Positions 11,031 through 24,719 of a DNA stretch of 64,000 nt are shown in pieces. The notes under the pieces are model-generated. The model ran no database searches, had not been told where the DNA came from, and worked only from the letters and a program-made list of their open reading frames with translations. The DNA is taken from contig JARFYF010000112.1 in the NCBI GenBank assembly GCA_030265395.1, positions 69,077,837 through 69,141,836 of the forward strand. Direction: 5' to 3'. This stretch comes from Rhina ancylostomus. Its lineage: Eukaryota. Position 1 is the stretch's first letter, and every line of letters starts with the position of its first letter. Both the position numbers and the translations under genes were made by a program.

Positions 11031-13269
11031 TCTTGAACATAGTAAAACATCTCTCAGATCTTTAAAGGAATGCTATCACCCATGATTTCAAATCAGTCAT
11101 AATATTAAATCAGTGCCAAAAAATGGTTGATCAATGGGATAGGCTTTAGGGATTGTTTTCATAGAATCAAAGAAAAGATGTCAGTGTCAGCTCTTTGGGA
11201 TTAATTGGAATGGACTTCTGGTTCTTGCTCCGATCCTATAACTCAACTATTTTTCATATTTTAATCTGATTTTCTTTTGAAAGTAGCTATTGAATCTGTT
11301 TTGCCAGTTCTTCAAGCAGTGCATTCCAGATGATCATATCTCACTGTGGCATTTTGCCACTGGTTCTTTTGTAATCAATTTAAATGTGAATCAAACACTG
11401 ACCCTTTTATCACTAGAACCAGTTTCTCTTTATTTACTCTTGTATCAACTCCCCTCTGTTTAAACTTCTCTGCCCTTCTGCAAATGACCACTGTTCTTCC
11501 AATCTATCCACTTAAAAGAAGCACTTGACCCTGCTCCCTTTTATCTTTCCATCCAGGTGTTCTCCTGGGTCCTGGGGGGAGAGAGAGAGAGGGAGACGAC
11601 TAATGAGGAATGAGAAGTGGTAAGAAAAACTTAATTTTGTACAATGACAATTATTGTCTGACATTATTGTACATGGTTGATTGTCAGTTAGATAAAAGAT
11701 GCACTAAACTGTGTTTATTTTGTCTCTTGCTTTTTTGCCTGTTTTATTCACTAATGTGTTGCCTGGTCTTGTGTTAAAGATCGCAGAGCTCACAATATTG
11801 AACCAGAGCTCCTTTCCCTGTGTGATTGGAGTGGTTTGAGCTAATCAGAAATGCCACTGCTCAAAATTAAATGGGAACTCTAAGTGGTGATGAGACTTGT
11901 ATTAGTTCAGTAAGTTCCAGTGGTAGGGCTTCGTTAATGAGAAGGATTTTTAATCCTAAATTACTCGCACAGCCTGCTTTAATTTGTTCGCATCAATTAA
12001 AAAACATTGAGCATAAAACTAGTGCAGGCAATGGTGCAACCTATTTAAATATCATCTACTCCAAAGCTTTTATGTTCATCAGTAGCATAAAAAGGTTTTG
12101 TTCTTTAAACAATGCCGAATTTCGAACAGTATTTGAAAGCACTGTCAGAGAGATCCAAGAATGAACTGTATTGATTAGAAGGAAAGTTGTACAAGTGGGA
12201 GAGATTCTTTATTAATCTAAAATCTTTCCTATATATGTAAGAGCATTAATAAATATAAAATTCACTAATGTGTCCTTTAAAGGTAAGGACTGCAATATGT
12301 TTTTGGAAGTCTGCTCATTATAATCTCATGATGTGAGTTTAAAGCGTTTTTTCTATTGCATCAGAAGTGCTGCAGTATCATTAGTGTGTAACAGTATCTC
12401 TTATTGGTGAGTGAAATACTGATGTTACTACTTTAAATAATATAATTGTTTTTTAACCATTACCAATCAGAATGCAGTAGTTAAACCAAAGTTATTTTTT
12501 TCTTAAATGTCCACTTAATTAAGAATTGTACTACAATTTCTAAATTCTGTATGGTATGCTTTCTAAACAGCTGGGAGCCTTTAATCACATTGTCAATTAG
12601 CAATGCTATTCCAATTACAAACTGCATTCATGCTGATAAAACACAACAGGATAATTCAGTTACTGTCAGCTTGTGCATTTGTTTTCTGTTTAATCACAAG
12701 ACCCACATGGCCTTGAGGATATAACTTAGAAATAGCAATCTTTTTCTCAGGGTTGTATTTACTTGAGAATGCCACCTTTTGATTGATGCCAGGGTTGGGG
12801 TTGGATGAAGAATGGATTAATACAAGAGTTGAATTGGATTCTAATCATTCTATTCCTCCTGTTGAACGCTTGGTCATAAAGACAACAACCAGTATCACAT
12901 TAAATCACCCAGAAGTAACAATATTTACATAGTAAAGTTCTGCTGGAAGATATTTTGGCTATACAACACATTAAATGCTGCAGTTTTTCATCCTTTCACA
13001 TTTTAATGGAGAAAAATTAATTGACATTGCATCCATGATTTTCTGATGAGAGGCTTCAATCTAGTAACAATATTTGGAAAACTGTCTCTTGTGTTTAAGG
13101 GGGTGGAAACTCTTGTCTGAAGATCAATAATGAACAACTTTTCCATATGCATAGACTCTGGAAACCAATTAATAGATGATGTACAATTTTTTTTAAAGCC
13201 TGCATTTTTAAATTTCTTTGTGGAGTGTACATTCCAATGGTAAACCAGAATTTGATGGTACTGAGAAGG

Positions 13270-13970
13270 GGATGGTGAACTGTCTACCTGAAATGCTGAA
13301 GTCTGTGTGGTAAATCCTGGTACCTGTTCAGGGCTGTTATGTAGAAAGTTCCAGGATTTGAACCAATGACTATGAAGCAACGACCATCTATTTTGAAGTC
13401 GGTTAATGGCATGTGACCTGGAAGGAGCTTGCAGATGGCAGTTTTGGCATGTCTGCTATTCTTGTCCTTCTACGTTGGAGAGGTGATATCAACGTTGTCA
13501 CATGTTGCTGCAGCACATCTTGTGGATGGAACGAACTGCAGCTATAGTTCTCCAGTAGAGAGGAGTGCCAAATAACTGTTCTGCTTTGTTTGGATGTGGT
13601 TAGGGTTGACTGATGTTGGGGCTGCTCTTAATCATGCAATTGAACCCATTATATCTCGCTGATGACTAGTGGCTTGGAAAGTAAGAGGAGATGTGGGGGA
13701 GGTCGTAGGCGATCTACCCATGCAGCCACAACTTTTGCGTTAATCTTGTTAAGTTTCAACTCAGTGGTGATCTCCAAGTTGTCAGAGGTAGGAGAGGTGA
13801 TAGCAAACCATTGATTGGCAAAAGTAGGTGAGTAGACCCTGTTTTGTTGGAAATGATCACTAACAGAGCACACACTTTTGTGGTTAGTGTAAAGGCTTTG
13901 GGGAATTGTGAGCTGGGTCATTCAATTACCCTGTCAAACTGGAAAGGTACTGTTTTTCTTGTGGTATATT
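13270..13970 (-). mobile_element. Old degenerate LINE (probably CR1 clade)
   Basis: agttccaggattt...gtgacctggaaggagcttgcagatgg...cttgtccttcta; similar to 4740-4965, with further related pieces near 5780-6090. Confidence 0.5.
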
Positions 13971-14299
13971 GATTTTCTTCTGAACATTTTAATGAATACT
14001 AATATTAACACTATCGTTTGGGGAAGATTCTTTTCTTTTCTTGGCCACTGAATGGTGCGTGTCCATTTTCTGAGTTGATGGCAAAAAGAGGAGTAATGTT
14101 GAACTAAAGGAATTTCATCTATTGACTCTGCAAAAAGGAGGCTTACTAACTGTCCAAATGCTAGGGGAATAGTGCCTGAACACCCACTCATTGCAGCAAA
14201 GATATGCTGCAATATATGTTCTATGTTCAAAATTAAATGCATGCTTCTAATTAAGTCCATGAACGCTCCTTCATTATTCCTCCTTTTGCCTTTTTTTTG

Positions 14300-14390
14300 T
14301 GATTTATAGTAATTTTATGTCTTTGCACTGTACTGCTGCCGCAAAACAACAAATTTCATGTTATGTAAATTGTTGATAATTCTGATTCTA
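14300..14390 (+). mobile_element. Rex1/Babar-type LINE extreme 3' end
   Basis: tgcactgtactgctgccgcaaaacaacaaatttcatg...gataattctgattct tail; near-identical layout at 36560-36622. Confidence 0.6.
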
Positions 14391-14500
14391 CTTGCATGGA
14401 TATATAATGCATTTTGCATCTATGTTATTGTAGTGTTTGCTAGATTGGTAATGAATTTTCATTGTCTTTACGTGTCACATAAGTGATCAAAGATCTTTTA

Positions 14501-14630
14501 AAAGCAAAACACTTGCAGATGCTGGAAATCTGAAATAAAAATAGAAAATGCTGGAAATACTCAGCAGGTCAGGCAGTTGCTCGGAAAATGGAGTTAACAT
14601 TTGGGTTGATGACACTTATTCATAACTGAT
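14501..14630 (-). mobile_element. Penelope-like terminal fragment, reverse orientation
   Basis: tgcagatgctggaaatctgaaataaaaatagaaaatgctggaaatactcagcaggtcaggcag is the reverse complement of the 6385-6455 type sequence. Confidence 0.75.
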
Positions 14631-15899
14631 GTTGATCCTTTTGATATTGTGATCAGAGTGTAAGTGGAATGCTGAGGAGCTCCATCTAGAAAGTGGAAGA
14701 TGTTCCTGGAGATGTTGAATTAATTCTTGTGTTTACCTTATCTTTCAGTGAGTTGTTGTCCTAACATTGTTTTAGAGTGTCTTTTGAGCTCTTGCCACTG
14801 CCTTCTCCTGAATCTATGAGAATGCTTATTTTGAATATACTATGGATTAAAGATTTTAAATAAATGCACGGAATGTATTTTTGTTCAGAAATTGATGCAA
14901 ACCTATTTTTTTCCCCACTATTATGTTTTTTTTTAACATTTTTATCTGGTGTAAATCACATTTGCAAGCATTTTCAGGTTGACCTGGAAAGTTGACCTGG
15001 TGCTTCCTGTTGAGTAGGAAGTGCAAACCTAACACCATTTCTGCATCTGGGAAGCACGTGTGCAATTTTGATGGGGAATTTGGGGCATGGTGTTTGGCAC
15101 ATCCAGGACAAAATAGATCTAATCTTGCAACACTGACCTTGGAGGCATACAGGTAAATGGAAAAAGATTTGCCCAAAACCTTGGTGCTGACCCTTCCACT
15201 TGCATCTTGATACCGAATTCCCAACCTCTGNNNNNNNNNNNNNNNNNNNCAACAGAAAATATTAATGCTATCATTGCCAATAGGTATATTCAAGTTCCAA
15301 GATTGGCCTCTGGAGAGGAGGACCAAGCAACACTTCTTTAGTGTGAAAACATGCTTTATCTGATCTCTTGCAACTGAGGTCTTGGCATGATTAAAATCTT
15401 CGAAGAAATATGTTTGCAGTTAAATTTTCCTGACAAAAGTTTTCATCACACTCTTCAACTAATTACTAAACTGTGATACAAATGTTAGAAATCTAAAGAT
15501 GGAAGTAAGTTGCTGTTTTTATTACCAGAGTTGTTATTTTAATATTCCTGATTTTATTTCACTAAGACTTTGAGGATTGCAATTTCTGTACCACATTTGC
15601 AAATTGCATAAAATAGTGCTAGAAGAGATGTGTTTTGTAGAATTGTGTTGAGCTTTCTGTTTTTGTTTGCAGAAGGTAATTGAGAATGATTTACTGTCTA
15701 AATGTTTAGTTTGCTCAGTTTGCTAGGCCCATTGATGAGGCCTCCACTACCTCATTACATAAGATGCCTCAGAGAAATGACTTTATTTCTGCACAGAATC
15801 CTATAGTCTCTGCCTTGATAACTTGACTCAAACTGGGTCAATGAGCAATATATCATGTAGGAATTTGTGTAATCTTTTGCTGTGCAAAAAAAGACATTA

Positions 15900-16046
15900 A
15901 AAAAACAAAAACTGCAGATGATGGAAATCTGAAATAGAAAATGCTGGAGGTAATCAGCAATTCAAGTGGCATCTATGGAGAGAAAAACAGCAAATATTTT
16001 GGGTTGATGACCTTTCCGTATTTCCAGTATTTTCTACTTGTATTTG
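15900..16046 (-). mobile_element. Penelope-like terminal fragment with short inverted arm
   Basis: ctgcagatgatggaaatctgaaatagaaaatgctgga...gggttgatgacctttc, then tccagtattttcta (inverse of tagaaaatgctgga). Confidence 0.65.
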
Positions 16047-18189
16047 TTGGAAATCGCTAATGAAGTCACAAATTTTGTTTAGAAATTTAATGTGCTTTGT
16101 CATTTCTCACTGATTGTTGGATCTGCAAATTGACGGATACTTTGTCATCACTCCTAATTACCCCCGTTATTAACAAGTCTCTTGAAATAAGTAATTAAGC
16201 AGTATAAATTTGAAATTCACCAGCTTTCATGCTTTTTATTTTCCAATTTATCACTGGAAGAATGTTTCCATCCTCTGGACTTTCCCCATGTTCTCCACAT
16301 GAGTCTGATCAATTTTGAAGGATGTGCCATGCAACATTTCCTCACTTCTTCTCCACCCATTTGCAATTGCATAAGTTATTGTGATCCTCACCTGTAGGTG
16401 ATCAATACTTCCTTCCCACTTTGGAAACAATCCAGCTGCTCAAAAATAGCTTTGAACTTAGTCCTTGTGATTTGTTAAGATTTGGAGACAGATTAAAAGT
16501 ACACTTATTGTAATGTAACTCAAGACATGCACGATGAGAGCAACAGACTAGAACATGCATAAAAGACCTTCTGCAGTAGTGATGAATTTGCACTGAAGAG
16601 AGGAGTGAAGGGTGAAGGCTGTGGTTCATTTTCTGAAGCATCTGCGTCCAATCCCATTTATGGATATTAAGGTGTTTGACATGAGTAAAGTCTTTCCAGC
16701 ATTTTGCTGCCTGTTATAATTTTCTCTTTCAAGCCAATAATCATTTATTCTGGAAAAGCTACATAGACACAGCTATAATAATTCCAACCATGAGTACTTT
16801 CTACCTGTGAAGTAGAAGACTGGCTTATTGCACATCTGTCATAGACTTGGTAATAGTATAGAGGTAGAGTCATGGAATGAGAAACAATATCCTAAGTATT
16901 ACTGAAAGGAAACCATAACTGAGTAGGGCATTGAGAGAATCATTTTCAGGTGTATAACATTCTAATACTAAAATGAAGGATGTAAATAACAATGTATTTT
17001 TCTTCTTTTGAGAAGCACAGTAATGATGAATTTCTGGGTTTTTTGTGTAACTCTAAACTCTGGCATTCCTATTTGTTAGTGACCCTTGCAGACCTAATAT
17101 TATTCCCACATCAGCAGTCTGCGGGATGAAGTTATTCACTGTGCATCACCTCTAATGTAAAATTATAGGCATTTTGGAACACATTGTTTAGGTGCCCATG
17201 ACTGGGGGCAGCTGGGGCAATTGGATTTTAAAATGCTGATGTGGGAGAACTGGACCCAAATGATATGCCTAATCACTGCCTTCCACCTTTATTTTTATAA
17301 GAAAAATTCTTGATTTCCTGGAGGTATTGTCCAGTGGCACAGGCTTAATCATGTGACTCGGGCACTACTGAGTTTTGATGTCCCATTGCACCTACACCAT
17401 TCTAGCACATACATTAGGGTGCACTAAAATTTTTAGGCTTAAGTACAACAAAAAAAGTTAATCAAGAATCAATGACAATGCTGAATCATTGTCAATTTCA
17501 ATTATTTTAGTTTGGTTAAAATTCTTAATTTGTGTTTTCAATTTACGTGCACAAGCAGGGTGACATAGATTATTTTTAGCTGGGTGAGTCCAACTGATAA
17601 TCTATAGCATGCAGTTTGCAACTTTCCATTTCTCCTTTTGATTTATTTATCATCATTCCCAATTAATACTGTTGTTCACTCCCTATGTGTCTTTTTCTAG
17701 TTGGTAGGAATTAACATGGACAGTTCACTAACCAGGTTCAACAATTCCCCTTCAAATAATTTGCAGTAATGCACTATGGTGAAACATTATGAATGGAAAT
17801 ATGCAACTTTTCAAATTTAAGTAAAATCTATTACTATTCCCAAGTGTCGTAACCCTGATAATATTGTAGAGCAGAGATAGTGATGCATTTGGAGAAATAT
17901 CAGTCTCTTGAAAAAGTAACTCTTAAATAATCTGAAAGAAAATAACCTCCATGGAACCTCGCTCACTTTGAGAAAAGCCCGTGAAAGCAGTAGTTAGCAG
18001 TGGCTTTGCTGTATCCAGGTTCTTCAGAGATGAACTCTGAAATAACCTGGTGTGTAATTGGGCAAAACCATTAGTTCATTTAAATACTTTCTCCCTCAAT
18101 GTAGTCCAGGAGTGGGAGGAAGAAATGTCTAATCCAACAAAATGCAGTTTTGCATTCGATTAATCTGATTTGGTTCATTGAACTGCATG

Positions 18190-18525
18190 AAATGGCAGTA
18201 CATTAGTAAAGCAGGTTACATTGCTGCTTCACAGTTCCAGCAATTTGGGTTCAATCCTTATCTGTGGTGTTTTCTGCATGGCATTTGTCTGTTTTCTTTG
18301 GATTTTCCCTGGGGCTCTGTCTCCTCCATGTCCCATGCACATTCTGGTTGGTAGGTTAATTGGCCACTATAAATTAGGTAGGTATGTGGTGGGCAAATTA
18401 GGATTGAGTTGACATACTGTAAAAGAGAATAGATTACAGGGAAATAAGAGGGGAATGGGATTGATGAGATTGCTTTGAGTGTTGACATAGACTTTACCGG
18501 CTGAATATCCTCTTATGACATAAGG
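18190..18525 (+). mobile_element. V-SINE, degenerate near full-length
   Basis: B-box gggttcaatcc, V-domain, gttggtaggttaattggccactataaatt linker and CR1-like tail ggctgaatatcctc. Confidence 0.7.
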
Positions 18526-18723
18526 AAACATTAAAATGTTCACAAATGCTAAGTATTCTTCAGCTAACCAAGTCAAACTACTTCTGACCTCTCAGGTTTG
18601 AGTCCTCTTTCACCCCCCCCCCTTTTTCCTCCCCACCCCCCAACAGATCTGAATGATTTTGATGGTTTCCAGGTTCACCATCAATTTGTTCCAAGTGATT
18701 GAAATAGTCTTCAGTCTAATAGT

Positions 18724-18967
18724 CAGGGCGGCACAGTAGCATAGCAGTTAGCACGGCACTATTACAGCGCCAGCGATCAGGGTTCAATTCCCCTCGCTGT
18801 CTGTAAGGAGTTTGTACATTCTCCCCTGTCCGCATGGGTTTCCTCCGGGTGCTCTGGTTTCCTCCTACATTCTAAAGATGTACGGGTAGGTTAATATGGG
18901 TTTAAAAGTGGGTGGCATGGACTCGTTGGACCAGAAGGGCCTGTTACCACGCTGTAAATAAAATTTT
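18724..18967 (+). mobile_element. Well-preserved full-length V-SINE with CR1-type tail
   Basis: A-box-like tagcatagcagttagc, B-box GGTTCAATTCC (18781-18791), V-domain gctgtctgtaaggagtttgtacattctcc...gggtttcctccgggtgctctggtttcctcc, tail ggaccagaagggcctgttaccacgctgtaaataaa; CpGs retained. Confidence 0.9.
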
Positions 18968-20652
18968 TAATTAATTTGAACTACGTAATTGCAATTTGCT
19001 GGGAACTTCAAATTCATTCACTAAACCTGACTCTGCTTAAAATTCTTGCACACGAAATGATACTCCTGCATCAAAACTATTCCTTTTTTGGTGGTGTTTT
19101 GCCCAACAAAATCTAGTTCATGATGAATACCTTATTGTGCTTCAGTTTCAATTTTTGATTACCACTAGTTCTGAGAAATTTTATCTGAACTAATGCATTA
19201 CAAGATCTATCTCAGCAATATGCAACTAGTTAATTAATCTCTAACATTGCTCATAAGCTTACAAATTTATCATTTAACATTTCTTGAGAAAAGAAATTTC
19301 ATGAGGCTTTGAAGTTTTATTGAAAGGAAGCTCTGATAGAAGCCAACTATAGAATACTTCCTAGCTGCAGTATGACCTGCACCAACTCCTGCATCATACA
19401 GCATTTCAGTTTTATCTTCAAGTTTTTCTGCCACCACTGAGGCGTGCAGAGCAACATGATGACTGAATCATTACTTCAAATTTCCTGTTATCTAGATGTT
19501 GGGTTGACTTAGACTTAACAATATTTTATTACTTCTGGGTCTAAATCCTGGAATTTCCCACAGCAGCAAATAAAGGGAAAACCCCAATGCCACTTTATCA
19601 GGGCACTGAATGTAGCATTGTCAGAGGTGCAACGCTGCTTATTTTATTCCTACCCAGTTTGAAAATAGTTCTAATGCACACTCCCCAAGAGTGGGAATAA
19701 CCATTTTGGATCGTTCCCTGTCACTTTGATTAAGAACTTTCTGGTGTAAGTTGTACTTGTGCATTTGATATGGTTCTCCTTGCAATGCATTCAAAAGGAA
19801 ATTGCAACAAGTTGTCCCAGAAGTGGCCCAGGTAAAGTTGTGCTAGACTTCCTCATGCATGAAGGCAAGTCCCAAACTGGTATGTCATCCTTATTTGATG
19901 CACCTCATTTTACCTACCTTTTACTTTCCTCCTTTTTCCTTCCTCTTCCCCCACCACCCCACTAGTTATCAGGTTACTGACCCGTGTTAACCCTAGTTCA
20001 GACACATCTACTATATTCTTTCCCATTCCTCTTCCTTTGTCTGTTCTGTAGCCTTGGGCGCCATTGAACTTTGCAATGGCATACTCATCACTGAAATGGT
20101 CTTTCGCATGCCATGCAATAGTCATTCTTGGGTATTTTCCTAATTTAATATGCTTGTTCCCTAATGTCCAGTCAAAAAATGTGTATTGCAGTGTTCACAT
20201 ATTGCTAATCAGAATAACTCCTATTACCCAAATCTTCAATATATGAATTATTTGCTGGGCATTGCATTGCCTCTGGCAATAAATTCTGAAGTTGCCACAA
20301 AATGAATAACATGGATAACGTTATTCATTTTGTGGGAATTTTGAGCTCTTGGCAGTAAAGGATACGTACAAAGTTAAAAAATTCCTGGTGGTTGTTGTTG
20401 TTCGAAGAAGATGAATATAAACTACAAGATTGTACAATGCAATAAAAGATGTTTTTGTAAAAAATGACTTGGATTAGATTTCTCTAGATGAATCTTACTT
20501 AGTGAAGGGATACTTCCCTCAAATTAGGCACCCAAGGCATTTCTGATTGTGGAATGGGTTTCGTGAAAAGTAAGAACTTCCCATTTTATCCCAACTATGC
20601 CTTGACCTAACTAGTATTGTTTAGTATGTTGTCTTTTGAGTGAAATCAGCTG

Positions 20653-20792
20653 TGACACTTTACTCTCAATTTTGTTATTGTTTTTACCCTGTACTACCTC
20701 AATGCACTGTGTACTAAATTGATCTGTTTGAATAGTATGCAAGACAAGTTTTTTCACTGCACCTCAATACAAGTGACAATAACAAACCAATC
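20653..20792 (+). mobile_element. Rex1/Babar LINE 3' UTR fragment
   Basis: tgttattgttttta...tatgcaagacaag.ttttcactg.acct...gtgacaataacaaaccaat aligns by eye with 39249-39365. Confidence 0.8.
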
Positions 20793-21199
20793 CACATCAG
20801 GTCAGTTCAAAAATGTTGGACATTGTTGAGTGGCAAGTTCCTCTTGGAACTAAGATTATCCAAACTTAATCCTCAATGGGATTGGCGGGGGGGGGGGGGA
20901 GAGGTTGGGGGGTAAGAAATTGCAGTATGAGGGAACTTTTCATCTGATGAGCATAACTTGGCTTAAATGTAGATCCCACCCACCCCTCTGTGTTAGACTG
21001 CTGTCAATAAAGGATATCAGTAAGCCTCCGTTTTTATAAATTCCTACTATTCAGTTTTTGTATCATGGTGAGTCTGCACAGTTTTACCCTTCCTTGGGTT
21101 CCTTTGGAACTAGAAAGATGCTTGCTAATTTTTTAAAAGTAAAACCATGATAACCAGAAAAACAAATCATTTCTATACATTTAAGGCAATATTTTTTTC

Positions 21200-22493
21200 T
21201 GCTCCCATAACATGGGAACATGCTCCGTATTTCCATGGCTATTTTATGTATATTGCTATGAAGGCTAAACTCTGGCTAAAGCCCCATTAGCTAACATGAG
21301 CTTTAAGTTGAGATTGTTTCCTTCCTGTGGGCTATTACATGGATTATTGTTTGAGTGCTTGCATGCAAAATGCATGTGGCATGTTTTCCAGAGTTTCAGT
21401 ATGCGTTTGACTTTAATCATTCAACATGAAGCATGAATCTTGTTCTCCTAGTTGTGTTGTGCATCACAAGAGGTAGGTGCTTGTCTTTCCATCTCTAAGG
21501 TGGAGATGGATGCCCATACCATCCTTTGTGTAACAATGGTGAGAGCGGAGGTGGGGAGCTGGGTAATTGTGAGATGTCTATTGCACTTGTAATCAATCAA
21601 CATGTACCTTTTTTTAAAGAGCTCCACTTAAAAGACATTTCTTTCCATTTTAAAATAGAATTATGTCCTAGCATCATTGGTATTTCTTCATTTTCAAAAT
21701 TATCACAATCTTGGAAAATGATCCCTCTTTTCAAATGGGTGAAATCAGCCAGTTTTTCTTTAAATATTTATAACATTTATACATACACAGTTAAAATTCC
21801 ATAGCATCAATGTGGCTCCTGTACAATTCCTTGAACTGCTTCTCTTCAATCACAAACAATACAAAGACAAGATAATGAATTTATGAAGTACACCAAGATG
21901 ACTTGATGGGAATAGGTTCTGCTCCTAGGCACTCTCCGAAAATGCCTCCTTCTGGAAACTTTATCTGTCATCTTGCAGCAGCTCCTGATTATCCCTTCAC
22001 AGCAATCACTCTATTGCTGAGTGACACATGAAGGATGGCATCCTTCTCCTCCTTTTTCTCAGCCAGAAGCTTCATTCAATGGTGCAGACGATTCTCTCAG
22101 CAAACAAGAACAACAAGTTGTGCCAGCCTCTGGAAGCCAGATGGATCTAATGTACAATGCAAGAATGTCTAGAAACTGAGGAAACCACATCTTCAGAACT
22201 ACTTAATATATCTTCCATCTTTGACTTAAAAACAGCTTTTCATAATTTTTAAAGCATGTCTTGAAAGTGCATTTGGAATACAATATCTCTCCAATGATAA
22301 TCTGCAAACATATTCAACATAAATAATTTATAAATTCAATACAATAGTAGTCAATTGTGTAAGGCGGCTTCTGTGCTATCATGAGAGGGCACAATGCATA
22401 GTCCAGCCCTGTTTGGAATAGCTACATTTTTGTTTATATGTTGGAGGACTGAGGAATTGTGGATGGATGGGGATCCTACTTCAGTCTGGCCTT
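21200..22493 (-). other. MID2: Probable MID2 3' UTR (end not determined)
   Basis: Follows the stop codon and is free of recognisable repeats for over 1 kb. No canonical AATAAA was noticed on the minus strand until ~19640, so the lower boundary is a guess. Confidence 0.45.
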
Positions 22494-22899
22494 TTACTGA
22501 GTGGCTTTTATCCCTGACATATATGGAGATTCCTGTGGTCTACAAATGCACTCCTGCTGCTGTTCTAAGCAGTCCAATGGGTCTGGAACAGGAAGCCCTG
22601 TCAGGATCATTATTGATTTGTTCCAGATTGTAAATGTGGGGCATACAGGCAGAACAAAAGAGATGTCAAACGTGTGCAGGTGATGTGTGTTCATGGCATC
22701 ATAGAACGATAGCGTGTTACCATCGTAGTCAAGTAGGACACCAAGTCTCCGCAGCTGATGGCTGGCATCCACTGACATCTCTTTGCCACTGTGTCTGACA
22801 GCAAAGTTGTTATTGCATCGGGAGAACACCCACGATGAAGAATTCTTTCCATTCCATTCATTTTTTGGGGCTGATTTATATGAAATGCCAATAGAATAC
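22494..22899 (-). CDS. MID2: MID2 terminal coding exon (SPRY C-part and MID2-type tail ...[19 protein letters not shown])
   Basis: Acceptor ctcttcctccAG, TAA stop at 22494-22496. LGVLLDYD and [16 protein letters not shown] motifs. The C-terminal [10 protein letters not shown] extension is present in MID2 and absent from MID1. Confidence 0.97.
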
Positions 22900-23866
22900 C
22901 TGGAGGAAGAGAAACAATGAAAAGTTATGTAACCTCTCTTTAACATATGATGTCCAGTTTATAATAGTTTCATTCTTCTATATGGGAAAAGCTGTAAAAA
23001 GAATGTTAGAAATTTATCACAGTTAATTGCTCAGAATCTCATATTTAGTAGGTTAACATTATATTGATATTAGTAACAGGTTATTGCTTTTATGAGGTCC
23101 TTTGGACTACATTATTTCAGTGATGATGAGTCCCATTGCCACTCTTGACTGTGTCTCTGGGACAAGATGTACCAAGGGCTGGTGATGGAGAACCTGTGAC
23201 TTGGCTGAAAGAGATGATTCGGAGATCCTCATGTCTGACTTTCTCACATCTGAATTTTTTGCCGAGATGGATGCTGAGTGTTCTGTCTAATTTTATTTTT
23301 TTTAAATCTCTGGTGTTTAAAGCCAAGGCCATTTTAGAGGTCAGTAAAAAATGAACCATATCACTTCCAGAGCCAACTTTAGGGTAAATGTGGGCAACAG
23401 ATTTCCTTCCCTAACTAACATTAGTGAACTGCTCAAGATTTGGTGGCCTCAAGGTCACCATTACTGATTTTGGCTTAGTTAATTAATAATTCAATTTTTT
23501 CTGCGGCCATGGAATGCTTTGATCTCATGTATTCAAATCATTGGTCCAGTTTTCCAGACTGATAGTCTAGCTACATAACTACTTTGCTCTCCCTCCAAGG
23601 AAGAAAATGAAAACAAAGTTCCCAATTGGAAAAATAATTTAAAAATCTGCTTCCATAAACTTTTTATAATTGGAGTATATACAGTCATTAAAACCAGAAA
23701 ATGGTGGAAATACTTTGATCAGTCAATAGCTGTAGACAGAGAATTGGTTAGTATTGTGGATTTTTTTTATATGTAATCTTGATGACTTTTCTGTCGGGGG
23801 GGGCAGTGAAAGAAAGTCATTGATCTGAAAAGTTAAGTCTTTCTCTGATCTTTCAATATTCCATAC

Positions 23867-24074
23867 CATGTGCATCCTCCAAGTAGAACCTCCCAGTAAT
23901 GGCAACCACTGTCGATAAACACGTTCCCCATTGCACCATAGCTGCCCTGGCTGCTAAAACGTTCAGGGGTGTGACTCTTCTTCATAGAATTTTCATCCCG
24001 TTCCATAGCGAGGCCATCATTGGACAGCTTTAATTTCTTGTGAGCAGTTTTGGGGTCCAATTTGAAGGGTTGAC
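23867..24074 (-). CDS. MID2: MID2 coding exon (PRY/SPRY N-part), 208 nt, (S)[68 protein letters not shown](W)
   Basis: Acceptor ttatccAG and donor ATG|GTatgg; phase 1-2. B30.2 LDP and HYWEV motifs; overlaps ORF 23833..24060. Confidence 0.97.
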
Positions 24075-24719
24075 CTGGATAACATCAAAAACAAAGTTAA
24101 GTTAGAAAGTTGCCATCCTCTTTCAACTAACATTTATTCTGAGGTTGACAATTCTTTTATCCTTAATTTTCAAATAAAGATCTGTATTTTGAACTGTGGA
24201 GTAAGCAAAAGAATGTTACTTACAACTTAGTCTTCAAACAGAAATCCAAGATTTTTCCAATAGTTTACATTTTAAAAGCTCTGCAGAAGGTGACTACTTT
24301 CCTCGAATGGGTCTGTTCACTTCTCCTAACTCTCACCCATTTAAATAATTGTTAATAAAATGCAGGTAGACCAGTCTTTGAATACAAGAGAAAACTGCAA
24401 AATAACTTGGGTATTTTTAAATTACAAGTTTCCCATCTAATACACTGAAAATAAATCATTCCCTTGTGAGTTTTGATAAATCCTAAAGTTTGCTTATCGC
24501 ATTTAATGTTTGAGTATTGTGATGGCATTAGAACAAAAGCATAAGTCTGGTCCACCAAAAACCATAAGGAAAGCATACCATGAATTTCTGGCCTGGGCAG
24601 ATCAGATTGTTAGAAACAGGTGAATGACAAAGGTCCAATATGGTATTGAACCATAGCTGGCAGTTCTGTCAAACTATGACATTGCACAGGTTAGCATATT
24701 CCTGACATGTACATGTGCA

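Noticed and set aside
15673-15675. Plus-strand tttttgtttgcAG|AAG|GTaatt, resembling a 3-nt microexon
   Set aside because: No plus-strand host gene or other exons were identified in the window, and such short matches occur by chance.
18724-18795. tRNA-like A/B boxes
   Set aside because: They continue directly into a V-domain and LINE-derived tail, so this is a SINE head and not a tRNA gene.
20883-20912. G-runs with G-quadruplex potential (also 7763-7797, 18613-18641, 55889-55919)
   Set aside because: Low-complexity homopolymer tracts are common in these genomes and error-prone in assemblies; there is no functional context.
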